Below, one piece after another: positions 26,100 to 38,900 of a stretch of 64,000 bases of DNA. The DNA comes from Octopus sinensis. Lineage: Eukaryota. The translations under genes were made by a program, and so were the position numbers. The notes beneath the pieces are model-generated. The model had not been told where the DNA came from. It made no database searches and worked only from the letters and a program-made list of their open reading frames with translations. The DNA is taken from NCBI RefSeq assembly GCF_006345805.1, contig NC_043020.1:21762001-21826000 (forward strand). The letters run 5' to 3'. Each line of letters starts with the position of its first letter. The first letter of the stretch is position 1.

Positions 26100-27122
26100 G
26101 AAAAAATTCAGTAGAAATTACAATTAAACATTTTTTGAAATTCAGTGATACCTACTGGCTTCTCTCGAAAATGGACAAAATTTGGCATTGTTGTGTTATT
26201 AAGTACCTGCAGAAAAAGGGTTTAGCCCCCAAGGACATGCTGATATCATTGCTACATTAGAGGATGATGCTCCAGCTTTGTCAACAATGCCAAAAATGGG
26301 CAGTTGACCCAAGGTCTGGACATCCTGCAAGTGCCACCGCCAAGGAAAACTTGCACAATAGCCTTGGACCGACCAAAGACCATGAGAGAGTTGACAATTC
26401 TCTGCACAATGAACTTGACAACAAAGGTTTCTACTGAATGAGTGTCAGGTCTTCTGACACCTGATCACATTATGAGAAAATCTGACATTGCTTGAGGTAG
26501 ATCTGGTTTCCTCTAACATTTCAAAGCCAGGATGAATGTTGGGTTCATGATAGAGCCAGAAACAAAGAGACAATCCATGCAGTAGAAACACCCCTCCTCA
26601 ACCGCTCCAAAGAAGGCCAAGGTTATTTCATCTGCAGGGAAGGAGAAGGCCTCAGGTTTTTTGGAATGCAAAAAGCACTGTATTTATTGACTATTTTTAA
26701 AAGGGTCACACCATCAATGGTGAATACTGTGCCAATTTGCAGAGGTAATTACAAAAGGCAATGAAGACCAAACGCCCAGCAAAAACTGACCTTTGTTTCA
26801 ATAGCTGTGTATGTGACTGTGGCTTTGAACTGGTTGTTCACCGTCCCTATTCTTTTGATTTAGCTCCATCTGACTCATCTCTTCCTCAACATAAAAAGAC
26901 ACTTAGCTGGGTATCTGTATTGCAGTGATGATGCTGCCATATCTGCAGTTGATGACTTTTGTGACCAATAGCGTGAAAGCTTTTTTACCAATGAGATCCA
27001 AGCACTGCAACACCAAATGAAGTATGTGGATCGCAAAGGGTACTGTGTTGAAAATAAACTTCATTTAGTAACATTCCATGAGAGTATCTTGGTCAGTCTA
27101 TTAACTTTTCAGCAGACCTTCA
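26100..27122 (+). mobile_element. Decayed mariner transposon
   Basis: MDKIWH..VIKYLQKKGLAPKD start, QDE.WV..EPETKRQSMQ and HRPYSFDLAPSD motifs. Confidence 0.8.
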
Positions 27123-28268
27123 TAGAAGTTTTAGCTTTTTTACATCTTTAAAAATGAATTTTATGATAAAAAAGTGTTAAAGTTTTAAAAGTATTTGAAT
27201 GTAAATGGATAAAAGTATATACAGTTGTAAGAAGGGTGGATCTTTCTAGAATAAAATTGGCAGGTTTGATGTTTCAGTCCTATAGCTTCAAGAAGCCATA
27301 AGTCAATTTTAATGTGGCACTGACAATATATTTCTATCAGTTTCAAAGATAACTTTTGATGCAAATACAGAAAGATCTAATAGATTTCATAGGCATCAAC
27401 AAATACCCTCATTACTCATTTTATAACTTTTTAAAATGCCAACTCAATCTTAAAGAAAAAGTAATACATATACAAATATCTGTCTGTCTCTCTCTCTCTG
27501 CCTGTGTGGGTGTGTGTGTGCGTGCGTGCACGCACACATACATGTAAATTTCTAAATTATAATGAAATTCTATTTTCTTCAGAAACAAAATTTCTTAGAA
27601 TCAGCATTTCCAAGAGAATAATTGATTGGAGAAAAAAATTGTGTACACACCTTAATTGATCTGCAAAGATGGTGAGGCCATGCTAGTGTAGAGGGGCTGT
27701 CTGTCTTTTCGACAATACCTCCCAGCAAATCCTGTTGAGTAGGAGGGAGTAAAAATTTGCACTTTAAACTTGTCAGATGTTAAATTCTGAACAATGTTAA
27801 TTCTCATTTTTAAATTCTTAGGTACAAACATCAATACAACCTAAAACATAGATACCAAAGTATTTAATAAAATATCTTTAACAGCATCATACACTATAAT
27901 GCTTTTCAAACAAGTAGATAATGAAATCAAACATTTAAAAATGCAGACACTGCCCCACACTTTTTTTTATATATTTTGAAATTTAACATTCAAGGATAAA
28001 TTTTAAATCACATATTGAACTTTAAATATTCACTCATACAAAGTAATGCTTTATTCCTTTAATTGTTTTTGTAAAGTTAAAAGTCACCAATATATATGCA
28101 GATTTTAATAGTCTCTTCTTGAATTTTCACTATTTAGAATTAAAAAAAGGATTAAATCTGTCACCGCACCAAAAGTTCAGAAATTGCAAGCATTGTCTTC
28201 AGTGTTGCTTTTTGCTTTTGTATTTTTAAAGTAAACTAAAGTTCAGAAAAGCATGAAACATTACTTAA

Positions 28269-29335
28269 CCCTTTCGTTACTATATTTCTGACCAAAATAC
28301 ACCCCTTATGTGTTTCAATTAATTTCTAACATAATCATAAATTTAGTCTGGTTTCATTAAACAACTATAACTTTTTTATTTATCAATATATTAACGTGAA
28401 TTTTGGAAGATAATTTAATGAAATGTTCTCAACCAATTCTATACTATAATTTTTGTCACAAAGTGACTCTAATTGCAGGTAGATACAGGTAAATTCAACA
28501 AAATATAAAATTATAAAAATTTTGTTCAAACATCGCTATAGAAAATGGGTTATTAGCTAATATTCAATTGGGTATACAACAAAATTTTACGATAGAATTT
28601 GTTATTCTGGGTAACTTTCTGATACCCATAATAATATTTATGGCAAAATAGTCTTAATTTCATTTAAGGTTATGGGAAACCACTAACTATCCTTTCTTTC
28701 CTTTTGTTTACATTTAGCGTAACGGTTCGTTTCCGCCGTAATGATTTCAAATAGGCTCATTCGAAAAAGTAAATAGAAATAGTCTAAGGCTTTACTCTCC
28801 TGGGAAAGACTGTGGCTTGGTCCAGTTTCTTCAGAAAAATCACCGAAAGAAACAGTTTTTAAATTTTCACTCCATTCAGGTGCCAATTCATTTTCTTTAT
28901 CGCTGTCGGAGCTCTCGGATTCACTGTTTTCACTTTCGGAAAATGAAACATCAGATTCATTATCAAATACCACATGCTTTTTTTTTTCAGTCATAGAGTT
29001 AGATTTATGAAGGTCTTCAGTAGAATATCCTTCGAATTCTGACTCGCTGCTTGATATAATGAAATTCGTATCCATTTTTTGTCAGAATTACAAATTTTGA
29101 AAACACAATAGGAACAAATTTTGGAAAAAAATCTTCCAAAATTCACGGAATTAAAATTACACTTCGATTTTTGTACAAAACTGTAGTTGAACTCTTTACG
29201 AAGTATAATACGTATTTTCACGAATATACTAAAGAGATTTGCTCTGATATTCTCATTTAAATATGAATAGGTAAATTCGGGCGGCTTTGGTCACATTAAC
29301 CAAAAATTTTTTCGGGCGGTTTCGTAACAAAAGGG
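28269..29335 (-). mobile_element. Non-autonomous piggyBac deletion derivative
   Basis: TTAA target duplications (28265-28268, 29336-29339) and TIRs CCCTTT(C/T)GTTAC. ORF 28683-29075 is an acidic PGBD-like N-terminus ending ALDYFYLLF...IITAETNRYA. Confidence 0.88.
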
Positions 29336-31260
29336 TTAATGTTGAAATTTACTAATTTATCAAGCACAGATTACAAAAGATAGAGGGGGACAAGGTAACT
29401 ATCCTTATTAGACTCACAAGAATAATGGTTAAATAATTTAAGGGGATGATATAGTGAATGCAATGTGCAAAGAAAATTGGAATTTCCTCTCAGTTTGAGA
29501 GAGAAAGCAATTATTAGCAACTTTCAAATAAAAGAGAAAGTAATTTGAAGAAATAAAGGATCTTTCAAAGCCAGTCATGTCACCATCCTTAGCTATTGCT
29601 TGTGCTTCTTTTCCATCTCATGGTTTCCTTGACTTCACCTGTTTCACTTAACTTATCCTTACCATTCCTACTGACTTATGCATGCAACCCTTCTTTCCAC
29701 ACACTCCCAAATCCACATACTAGGCTGGTACCTTCCCCCCAGCCCTTCTCCTTCCCTCAACTTGTAACTATCCTTGCACACTCAATTACTTTTCCATTTC
29801 ATCATCTCCAAGTTACACCTCACCTCCATTCCTCTTCCAACTTCACATACATTGCCCTTCTTCCTTACCCATACTCCCTCTACCTCTTCTCCTACTCCTG
29901 TCTTTCCTATGCTGCAGCTGTCCTTGTTCTGCCAATATTCACCCACTTCCCCTCCAAACTTATCACTCCAAAGCTGAGCATCCCCTTCTTAGTAGGTATC
30001 TGCAATTCATACAACTATCACTATCACCCATGAGTTTTAGACCCAAGCTGTGGTCAAATGTTTTTTGCTCTGCATAAAACTGAGTGCCTATTTTAATGGT
30101 ACATTTCTGGCTCTGAATGTCACTGACTAGTTCATCGACCTGGACCACCAACTATCACATAGGATGCAAGCCCAGGCCATCGAACCTAATTATCAATACC
30201 TATTGCCATGCCGTAGACAGCTTAAATTTCCTGAAGCTTTCACAATTCATTAACACTGTCTCCCAGACTGAGCTCTGCTCCCTTCAAATGCTATGATGAT
30301 ATCCTCATCAAACCAATGGACAAGAATGTGTCCTGATGTGGCAGGCAGGAAGGCCTCTACAAACTAAAATACTGTGACAACTCAGGACTATTGCCTTTTG
30401 CTTTCAGAACACCCCTTCCCACTACTAACAACATCCCTCCTTCACCATCTGTCTTCACTAACACTTCCTCCTTTTACCCTCAGCAGCATCCAACTTCATT
30501 CTCCACACTTCAACCATATACTTCCTCTCCACAATCCATAAACCTGACAAATCTGGCCATCCTGTTGTGTCCTTACTTACCTTTGTGCCCTAGGTTACTG
30601 CTCACTATTCTTACATTCACACACTTTATTCCCCCTTCCTCTACACCAGCATTCCTTAACCAGGGTTCCTAAGGGTTTCGCAAGAAAGAGTGAGAGAAGC
30701 CAATGCTAATTTCATGATCATAATATTACTATATACATCAGTGGTTCCCAACTGATTTTTGGCCATGCCCCACCGAATCGTTTCTAAAATTCTGATGCCC
30801 CCTTGTGATATTTAAGTTTTGTTATTCAAAATTTGGTTAATGTTTATCATATTACCCAAAAACAAAAAATATATAGTGTAACAAATGTAAAAATTGTGTA
30901 GGAAACGAATATGAAAACAAAAAGGGGAAAGCAATAGCAGTGGGAAGAACTTTGGAAAATTCACAAGATCTGAGTTTTTCCCTCATAACTTTTAGGAAAA
31001 TTTTTTTTTTTTAAATGAAATTTTATATAAAATACCTTTCGACTGGCATAGATTATGATTATGAAGAAATTTGTGGGAAAATATTTTCCAGGGTGTAGGG
31101 AGAGGACTTCGGAAAATTCACAAGATCTGAGTTTTTTTCCCATAACTTGGTGACAGTTTATCATGGATAGCGGGTATAAATCTAAAATTTAAATATTCCT
31201 CTGAGTATTGACAAACTATTGCACTACTTGTTTTATGTATTTTTGAATTCGCATAACTAC

Positions 31261-32381
31261 AAATTTCGGATCTTTTCCTTTTGATGGACGGATTTTTCTA
31301 GTTAAATAAACAATTTGAAACTTCATATACTGGTAGAATGTGTCAAAAGAAAATATTATTGTAAACAAAATTGTAATTTGTAAGTTTAATGTAGTTTAAT
31401 TCTTCGAATTTTAAACAATGAAATGCCAGCATTTGAGCTCAAATCATTTGCTGCGTCTAAAAACTCAGACAATATCCTCTTGCAACGTAAACAGCACACA
31501 CACACACGTGTTATTCATCCTTCTCTCTTCTGTCTGTTTGATAAACAAAGGCGGAAGGAGGAGGCATATGCTAGAAATAACAGCTATATCTCTTAAATTG
31601 ATGAATTTCGTCGCCCAATAAAAATATTAACGATATTTTTTTAATATTTTCTTTATTTTTTTTTACTGAAAAGGCTTCTCTCGTGGTTTTGAAGGGCCAG
31701 AAACAACAAAAACAAAACAATAATATGCCTAAATCGGTCTAGAGGGTGCGCGTGGAGTGTGGGTCGCATTGTAAAAATTTGCGAAATATTTTTTCATAAA
31801 AGGATGCCCCAGCTTGTCGGAGGCTGTGATATAAATTGGGAAAAAAATCCTCGACACCAGTGCGTAATTGGTACTTAATTTATCGACCCCGAAACGATGT
31901 AAATTTGTGTAAATTTGTTGCAGCAAGGGGCAAAACACAGAGGGGACAAAGCATGAGATACAAAAGTATTAAGTCGATTCTATCGACACCAGTGCGAACT
32001 CATGAACGTGTATGTATGCTTTTGTGCATACGCTTATATATCAATTACTATGTGCTTGTGCAAATGTATATGCATGTGTTTGAGAGAGAGAGAGAGAGAG
32101 AGAGAGAGTGAGTGACAGAGAGAGTGTGTGTGTGTGTGTGTGTATGCAGCGTGCGTCTGCTATGTTTGTTTATCAATATCGACAACACAGCAAATGATTT
32201 GAGCTCAAATGCTGGCATTTCGTTGGTTAAAAATTCGAAGAATTAAACTACGTAAAACTTACAAATTACAATTTTGTTTACAATATTGTTTTCTTTTGAC
32301 ACATTCTACCAGTATACGAAGTTTCAAACTGTTTAGTTAACTAGAAAATTCCGTTCATCAAAAGGAAAAGATCCCAAATTT
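31261..32381. mobile_element. MITE with ~190-bp TIRs (GGATCTTT family) enclosing a SINE fragment and GA/GT microsatellites
   Basis: Arms 31261-31453 and 32188-32381 are reverse complements. Confidence 0.85.
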
Positions 32382-32392
32382 CTGCGCCCCTG

Positions 32393-35300
32393 ACTTTGGA
32401 TGATCATAACTTTCAGAAAAATGGATATCTGTATATATAAAAGGCAGGATATGTGTGCAAGTGTGTGTACGTGAATGTAATTTATGCAAATCCACAAATT
32501 AGCATGCATGTTGCTCCAATTTTAGGAGGACATTTGTCACGAGCCTAGCTGTATTTTCGTCAAATTATTTTACCTTAGCAGGTAGCGGTAAAAATCGATT
32601 TTCAACCTTAACTTTTACCAATTTTGAAGTTTGCTAACATGAGTTAAGTCCCTTCTTGCCATAGCGAAGTGAAAATGTGTGTGTGTGTGTGTGTGTGTGA
32701 GAGTAAGTTACAGCGTTCACCATCAATAAAAATGTAAAATGTTTTTCTTAAACACGAGATATAGCATTCAAATTTAGGATGTTTTTGAAAGATATTGTTT
32801 ATATATACTTTCTCACACAACAATTAAAATATATTTATTTTAAATCGTCCATCTTTCTCCCCACCTCTCACATACACACATTACTTTGGGTGCAAAAGAG
32901 TTTTGTTTTTATTTTACGCTGAGGAAAAAAATGTTTTGTTGAGAATCCATTTATTTAACAACATAGAAACAAAGAATTAGGTAACTATTTGTCAGTGAAT
33001 TACACAATATAAATGGGTAAAATTTCCGAGGCTCCACCAAATCCCACCCTGTTTCTCGGACCACAAAAAGGTTTTTGTAGCATATCAGGAGGCCAGGGTA
33101 GTTGATTCCATGCAAAAAATCCGATCTTTTTTAATGAAAATTGTGTGAGTGTTATCTAAAAATTTGCCTAGAGTTTTTCATGGTAAATTTGAGATTAAAA
33201 AAAAATGTTTTCCATATTCTTAATCTCCGTATTTTTCCACATACATTGAAAAATAGATGGCGAAAAGATCAATGGGTGTGAAATTTCCGAGGCTTCTAAC
33301 ACACAACACCCTGTTTTTGGACCACAAAAAGGGTTTTGTAGCATATTAGGCCAAGGTAGTTGATTCCACACAAAAAATCCAATTTTTTTTTCCTTAGTGA
33401 AAATCGTGCAAGTGTTGATCCAAAAATTTACCAACCTTTTTCCCATTCATTTCTGTTTATGAAATTCTCTGTATGTAATTTTGCTTTCTCGGTCAAGGCA
33501 AATGATGACTGGCAAAGCAACAGTACCCTAATGCTGGCATTGGATACAGTGACCTGATCTACAATAACGTGCTGATTGAAATCAAGGATGCCCTACTCAT
33601 AATGGGTGGGGCAGCGGTGAACACATTCGGTTTGCCATCCTCATTGCGACAGGACATTAACACACTCCCACCAAAATTACTTCTGGAGTTGTTGTATGAC
33701 GCTGATGGCCTTGCGGAGTACTGGAGAATAAATGAACCGAAATTGCTCCCTGAACAGAGGCTTGTGTACGAAACTGTTGTGTCATTGAAAAGCAGGCGGG
33801 CGGCATTTTTTTTCCTTGATGCTGCTAGAGGTACTGGCAAATCCTTTGTAACAATTAACACTTGCTAAGATTCGTCGCAAGAAACAAATTGTGCTAGCCA
33901 TTGCTTCCTTGGGAATCACTGCTACATTATTGCCGGGAGGTAGGATGGCACATTCGGCATTCAAGCTGCCTTTACATTTGGTGAGGGCCAAGGTTCCTAC
34001 TTGCAACATTGGCAAAATTTCAGAGGAAGCTGAAGTTCTTAGACAGTGCCGTCTCACTTTATGGGAATGCATAATGACCAATAAGGGTGCCCTTGAGGCA
34101 CTGGACCGGTCACTGAAAGGTATCAGGGATTCTACAGCTTCTATGGGTGGTGTAACTCTATTGCTTTCAGGAGATTTCCAGCAAATCCTTCCTGTCATCC
34201 CTAAAGGGAGCTGGGTTGATGAAGTGCATGCATGCCTTAAGTCATCCACATTGTGGCTCCAGGTTAAGACCTTAAGCCTAAGCACAAACATGCGTGCGCA
34301 TTTGCTGAAGACATTTTAGCCCTTGGAGAAGGCAAGGTCCCTAGGAATGATAGGGGCAACATATCCATCTCTGAACTGTGCAACACCGTGGACAACTCTC
34401 CCGATCTTTTGACTGGACATCTGACCCCCCAAGACATTGTCAATTACCCTATCAAAGAGCTTCCACCTCACATTCTTAGGCTAAGGGTTGGATGCCCAAT
34501 TATGCTAATCAGAAACTTGCTTCTGCCTAAACAGTGCAAGCAGACCTGCTTAGTAATCAAGTCCCTGACGCCCCACTTGATTGAGGCCACCATTGTTACA
34601 AGGTGCAGGAGGGGTGAAAATGTTTTCATTTCAAGGATACAGCTTTATCCCTTCGGGTCAGATATGCCGTTTAACTTCTACAGATTGTAGTTCCCGGTGA
34701 GACCATGTCCATCAACAAATCCCTGGGCCAAACACTATCAGTGGCAGGCATCCATCCATTTGGGATTTTCCATTCAATCAGCATAAAAAATTGATAAACC
34801 GATTCCTTTGAATGCTTTAAGTTCTCAAAAAGAAAAAAAAAAAATCGATGCATGGAAATAATCAATAAACCGATTCCTTATGGGATTTCCCAATCAAATT
34901 GCCTGCAACCCATTTTCAGCCAAACGTTTACCAATTTCAATGGATTTCACTCTAATTTGATGTCGGTGTCACTTATTTTGGTTTGAAATAAAGTGCTTGA
35001 TCACTTAATAATCCTAACTTAATCCCGGGCAATGCCGAGCTATACTGCTAGTTTTTAATGAAATTGTCTATGAATGTGTTATATCATGTAGATTCCAAAT
35101 ATACAAAATTCAGGGGGAGGGTGTAAGTATTTTAGGAGGGGTTGGGAATTTCAGAAAATTCACCGGAGTCCACTTCAATTCGTCTTAATTCTCAACAAAT
35201 ATATCTCAGACTATGTAGATTCCGAGGACATGGGAATTTTAGGGGAAAACAATTTGTGACTATTTTTGAAAATTGTTCCCCACTTGCAGGCGTCTCTGAA

Positions 35301-35939
35301 CAAATTGTCTATATTTGTTTTATTTTCTCTATTTTGTGCATCCGTAGATTCCTATCCCTCCCACACACACACGTAATTAAAAAAGTTCAAACATGGAATT
35401 ATTCCATTCAATATCATGTTTATTATAGAGATTATATAACAAATTATGCTTTACACTTCTATATTTAACTGTGCATGTATATTCCTTATTTTTGTTTCTG
35501 GTGTCGGAAAGACACCCTGCCCCCTCCCCCATTTTCTCGCAATTAATTGATTTTTAAAATTTTTTTATTTTTTGCAAAAAACCCATGTTTTTGGATACAG
35601 AGATTCTGGAAAACTGCCAAAAATTGGTATTTTGAAATTGCTCACCTCCCCTTAAATTTCCCCCACCCCCCATATCTTCATTTTCCACTTTCCCCCATAA
35701 CTCTAACCCTAAGTACAAAAAATTTTTTTCAGAATCATAATCTTTGTATTTTCCCGCATATTTTGAAACAAAATTTCTGTAAAAAGTTAAAAGTTAAAAA
35801 TGAAGGATGGTGGGGTGCCAATTTCTTTTGCAGATTCGTATTCTCTGTAGCCAGAAAGGTTTTGTGTTAAAAAAAAAAAAAGAAAGACAATTTCATTAAA
35901 AAATATCCATTTTTCTGAAAGTTATGATCATCAAAAGTG
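32393..35939. mobile_element. TIR DNA element whose left TIR is split by a Helitron
   Basis: GATGATCATAACTTTCAGAAAAATGGATA plus TTTTTAATGAAATTGTC (after 35051) is the reverse complement of 35886-35932. Confidence 0.75.
32428..35051 (+). mobile_element. Helitron, internally deleted, with a decayed PIF1-type helicase
   Basis: 5' A|TC and 3' hairpin CCCGGGCAATGCCGAG followed by CTAG|T. Helicase motifs FFLDAARGTGKSF, LLPGGRMAHSAFKLPL, GGVTLLLSGDFQQILPV, LRLRVGCPIMLIRNL. Confidence 0.92.
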
Positions 35940-38900
35940 TGTGTGTGGAGGAGGGGGGGGTCTTTTCAGATCCCAGAAATCTGTAGTTATGATTTTGAAT
36001 CTTCAAAAAAATTTCAGTATAAGCTTTAGGAAAATATGCTCAAAAAGAAACAAAAATTATTCCATGAATCTTCTCAGCTGCAGTGATGGAAGTTTTTTCT
36101 TACCTTTTTGCTGAATTCACAAACTGACAGGTGGGAATAAAATGACCAGTTAAATTTCATCTCTTTTCATATATATATATATACATATGTGTGTGTGCGT
36201 GTTTGTGTTACCATAAATCTCTTTCTCTCTTTCAGCCTCTTTCGCTTCCTTCAATGATGCTACCCCTTACTTCCACTCCATTTCAATCCATTCAATTCTT
36301 TCATCCCTAGACAGCCCCCCCCCCCCCCCCCCCGCACACATAAGTCTGTCTCCAGTTTATTTCTCCATAGGGAATTAAGATGGCATTGCTTTCAGTACTG
36401 TCTAGTTCTATACTACATTACCTTAAGTGCTTTTTCAAACACCACTGATTGAAGGAGATAATATTCCCTCTTTAGTGATATCAGATCTTATGAATAAGAT
36501 GAAAATGACCTGTTGTCTTTAAAGTGTCCAAAATTTGATAAAATTGTCCACAGAAGGGATGTAAAGAATTTTTCATTTAAGAACTCATTCTCAAATTGTC
36601 CCCTTCTTCTATTGGTGTATTAAACATTGTGTACAAGGGGTATAAAAAATTCAGCATATCTACACATACCTCACCAAAATGTTACCATGCCCCACATATT
36701 GGCTATTGTAATATTGACATCATCCTAGCTAACCTATTATGCTATCAAAAAAATATGACCATATATATATGTGTAATAGTTACCACGTGAACTACAATGA
36801 AAAAATTTGAGAAAGATATGGTATATAATTTTTTTCTACAGGGGTTCTTTGAGACATAATTTATTTTAAGGGTTACGCATGGGTAAAAAGGTTGAGAAAT
36901 CCTGCTCTACACACTCCCATCTCATTTTCATCATGGCTATCAATTCTTTATACAACGTCATCCCTCATGATGTGTTCAGAACCCAACCAACTGCATCAAC
37001 TTTTTATTGACATTATAAATTACATAAATCTTTACATGTGTTTCATTAGTGTATCCTAGTACAACATGCAGTAATTGTTACAGACAATTGTACATTGTGC
37101 TTAGAATACCAGATCATCAGAAGTAATATGTAATTTAACCAATTGTTGGTTACCTACTTTAGTTGATAGGCATAACAAAACTGAAAATTGTGTATAATCT
37201 GAAAGTTATATAACTTTGATAAAGCTAAGGAAAGCTAATTTGTTATTTTTATTAGTGAAATAAAGAAAGGTGAGAGAGAATGCAGTCAGGTTTTCAAAGA
37301 AGAGAAGAAACTGACTCCTAAACTATTTAGATCAAAGAAAGTATAAAGTTAACAACAAATGGCTAAGCATTTGGTGGCAGAAAAAGTTTGGACAGTACAT
37401 GCCTATTCATTCATATGTGCTCATGCATACAAACGGTAGTACAAGTACTCACATGCACAGTTCATTTCTTATTGCTGTACCATTACCTAGCTCAAGGAGA
37501 GAAGAAAATAAAAGAACTCAATCTCATTTGAGACAGTAAACAATTTTGCTCATGTATCTAGAATTGGGGTATATGCTAGTCACCTACCGGTCAGGTTATA
37601 AGTGTGTGTGTGCCCTTATCTTAATATCATGTGAAAAGCCGTAAATGAGGGTCACTTTAATACCAGCAGTGTCATTCATTTCCAGTGTTCTGGAAACAGA
37701 AAGGGTAACCAAAAATTTTTTTAAATCTGCCTCATACACATGCACAGATATAGGAAGGTTTCTACACAGATCCTACCTAAATGTCATTTACAAAGTATTG
37801 ATCAACAAAGGGCAATAGTAGAAGACACCAACCCAGTACATTGTGCAGAAGAAATCCAGAACACATTGTGAAACAGTCATGTCCATTTTCCCTTTTCTAT
37901 CCACCAGTTTCAAAGCACTATAAAAAGATTATGGACGCCATGCTACTTTTAAGAATGCACTCGGTGTTGAATCCCCTATTAATGATAATAGAGATTAATA
38001 AAGTTTAACCCTTTTGACACGAACCCACCAGAGACTACTCTTGGTTATATAAACTTTCAGTTTAAAGTCATTTGTATTAACACTTCAAATTTCTGTGTCA
38101 GTTTACATTTTAAACATTTTAATAATGACAAAACTATTTTATTAAATCCTTCATTATTTTAACTGCTTCTCCCTTACACTTTTGCAGTCTCCTACTCTTT
38201 CCCTCTAGCTGGGTAGCCACACATCTCCTCGACAACAGCACACCTATTTCTACCCTCATTCTTGGTCACTTTCTCTCACTGGTTAACTATGTACCTCCTC
38301 TACAGTAAGACACCTATTGTGCCTCCCTATTTCTCTGTCACACTAACCTTTCATCATCTGACACGAGTTCCCCTCCTCAAATGCCCAATCCCCTCTCCTA
38401 ATTCCTTGTTTTGCGAGTTACATGGTGACCCTGCCAGTGCTGGTGCCATATTAAAAGCATTCAGTCCACACTGTAAAGTGGTTGGCATTTGGAAAGGCAT
38501 CCAGCTGTAAAAATCTTGTCAAAACTAACCTGCCTGTGCTAGTGCCACGTAAAAAGCACTGAACCCACTCTGCAGAATAGTTGGTGGTAGGAAGGGCATC
38601 CAGCCATAAAAACCCTGCTAAAACACAGTAGCATAGGGAATTTTTCTACTGTCCTACCCATGCATGCATGGAAGATGGACAGTAAACAATGATGATGATA
38701 AATATGCTAATGAAAGGTTTAAAGAGCTAAATATTAAGTAACAGCAAAAGATTTTCTAATGTTATGAAACCTCAAACTTTTATAACAGGAACAAATTAGT
38801 TCCATTAGTTAGAGAAGAATGAAAGATCAAGACCAGGATATTTTGCATAATACCACAAAAGAGAGTTTATTACTTCACAGGACTCAAAATTTCATGTGGA

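Larger units (their letters stand above)
30647..36904. mobile_element. hAT-like MITE expanded to 6.3 kb by nested insertions
   Basis: Imperfect TIRs CAGCATTCCTTAACC and GGTTGAGAAATCCTG. Perfect 8-bp TSD CTCTACAC at 30639-30646 and 36905-36912. Confidence 0.8.

Noticed and set aside
29960-30400. Possible second Penelope-like remnant (DDILIKPMDK)
   Set aside because: A single short degenerate motif, not enough to annotate.
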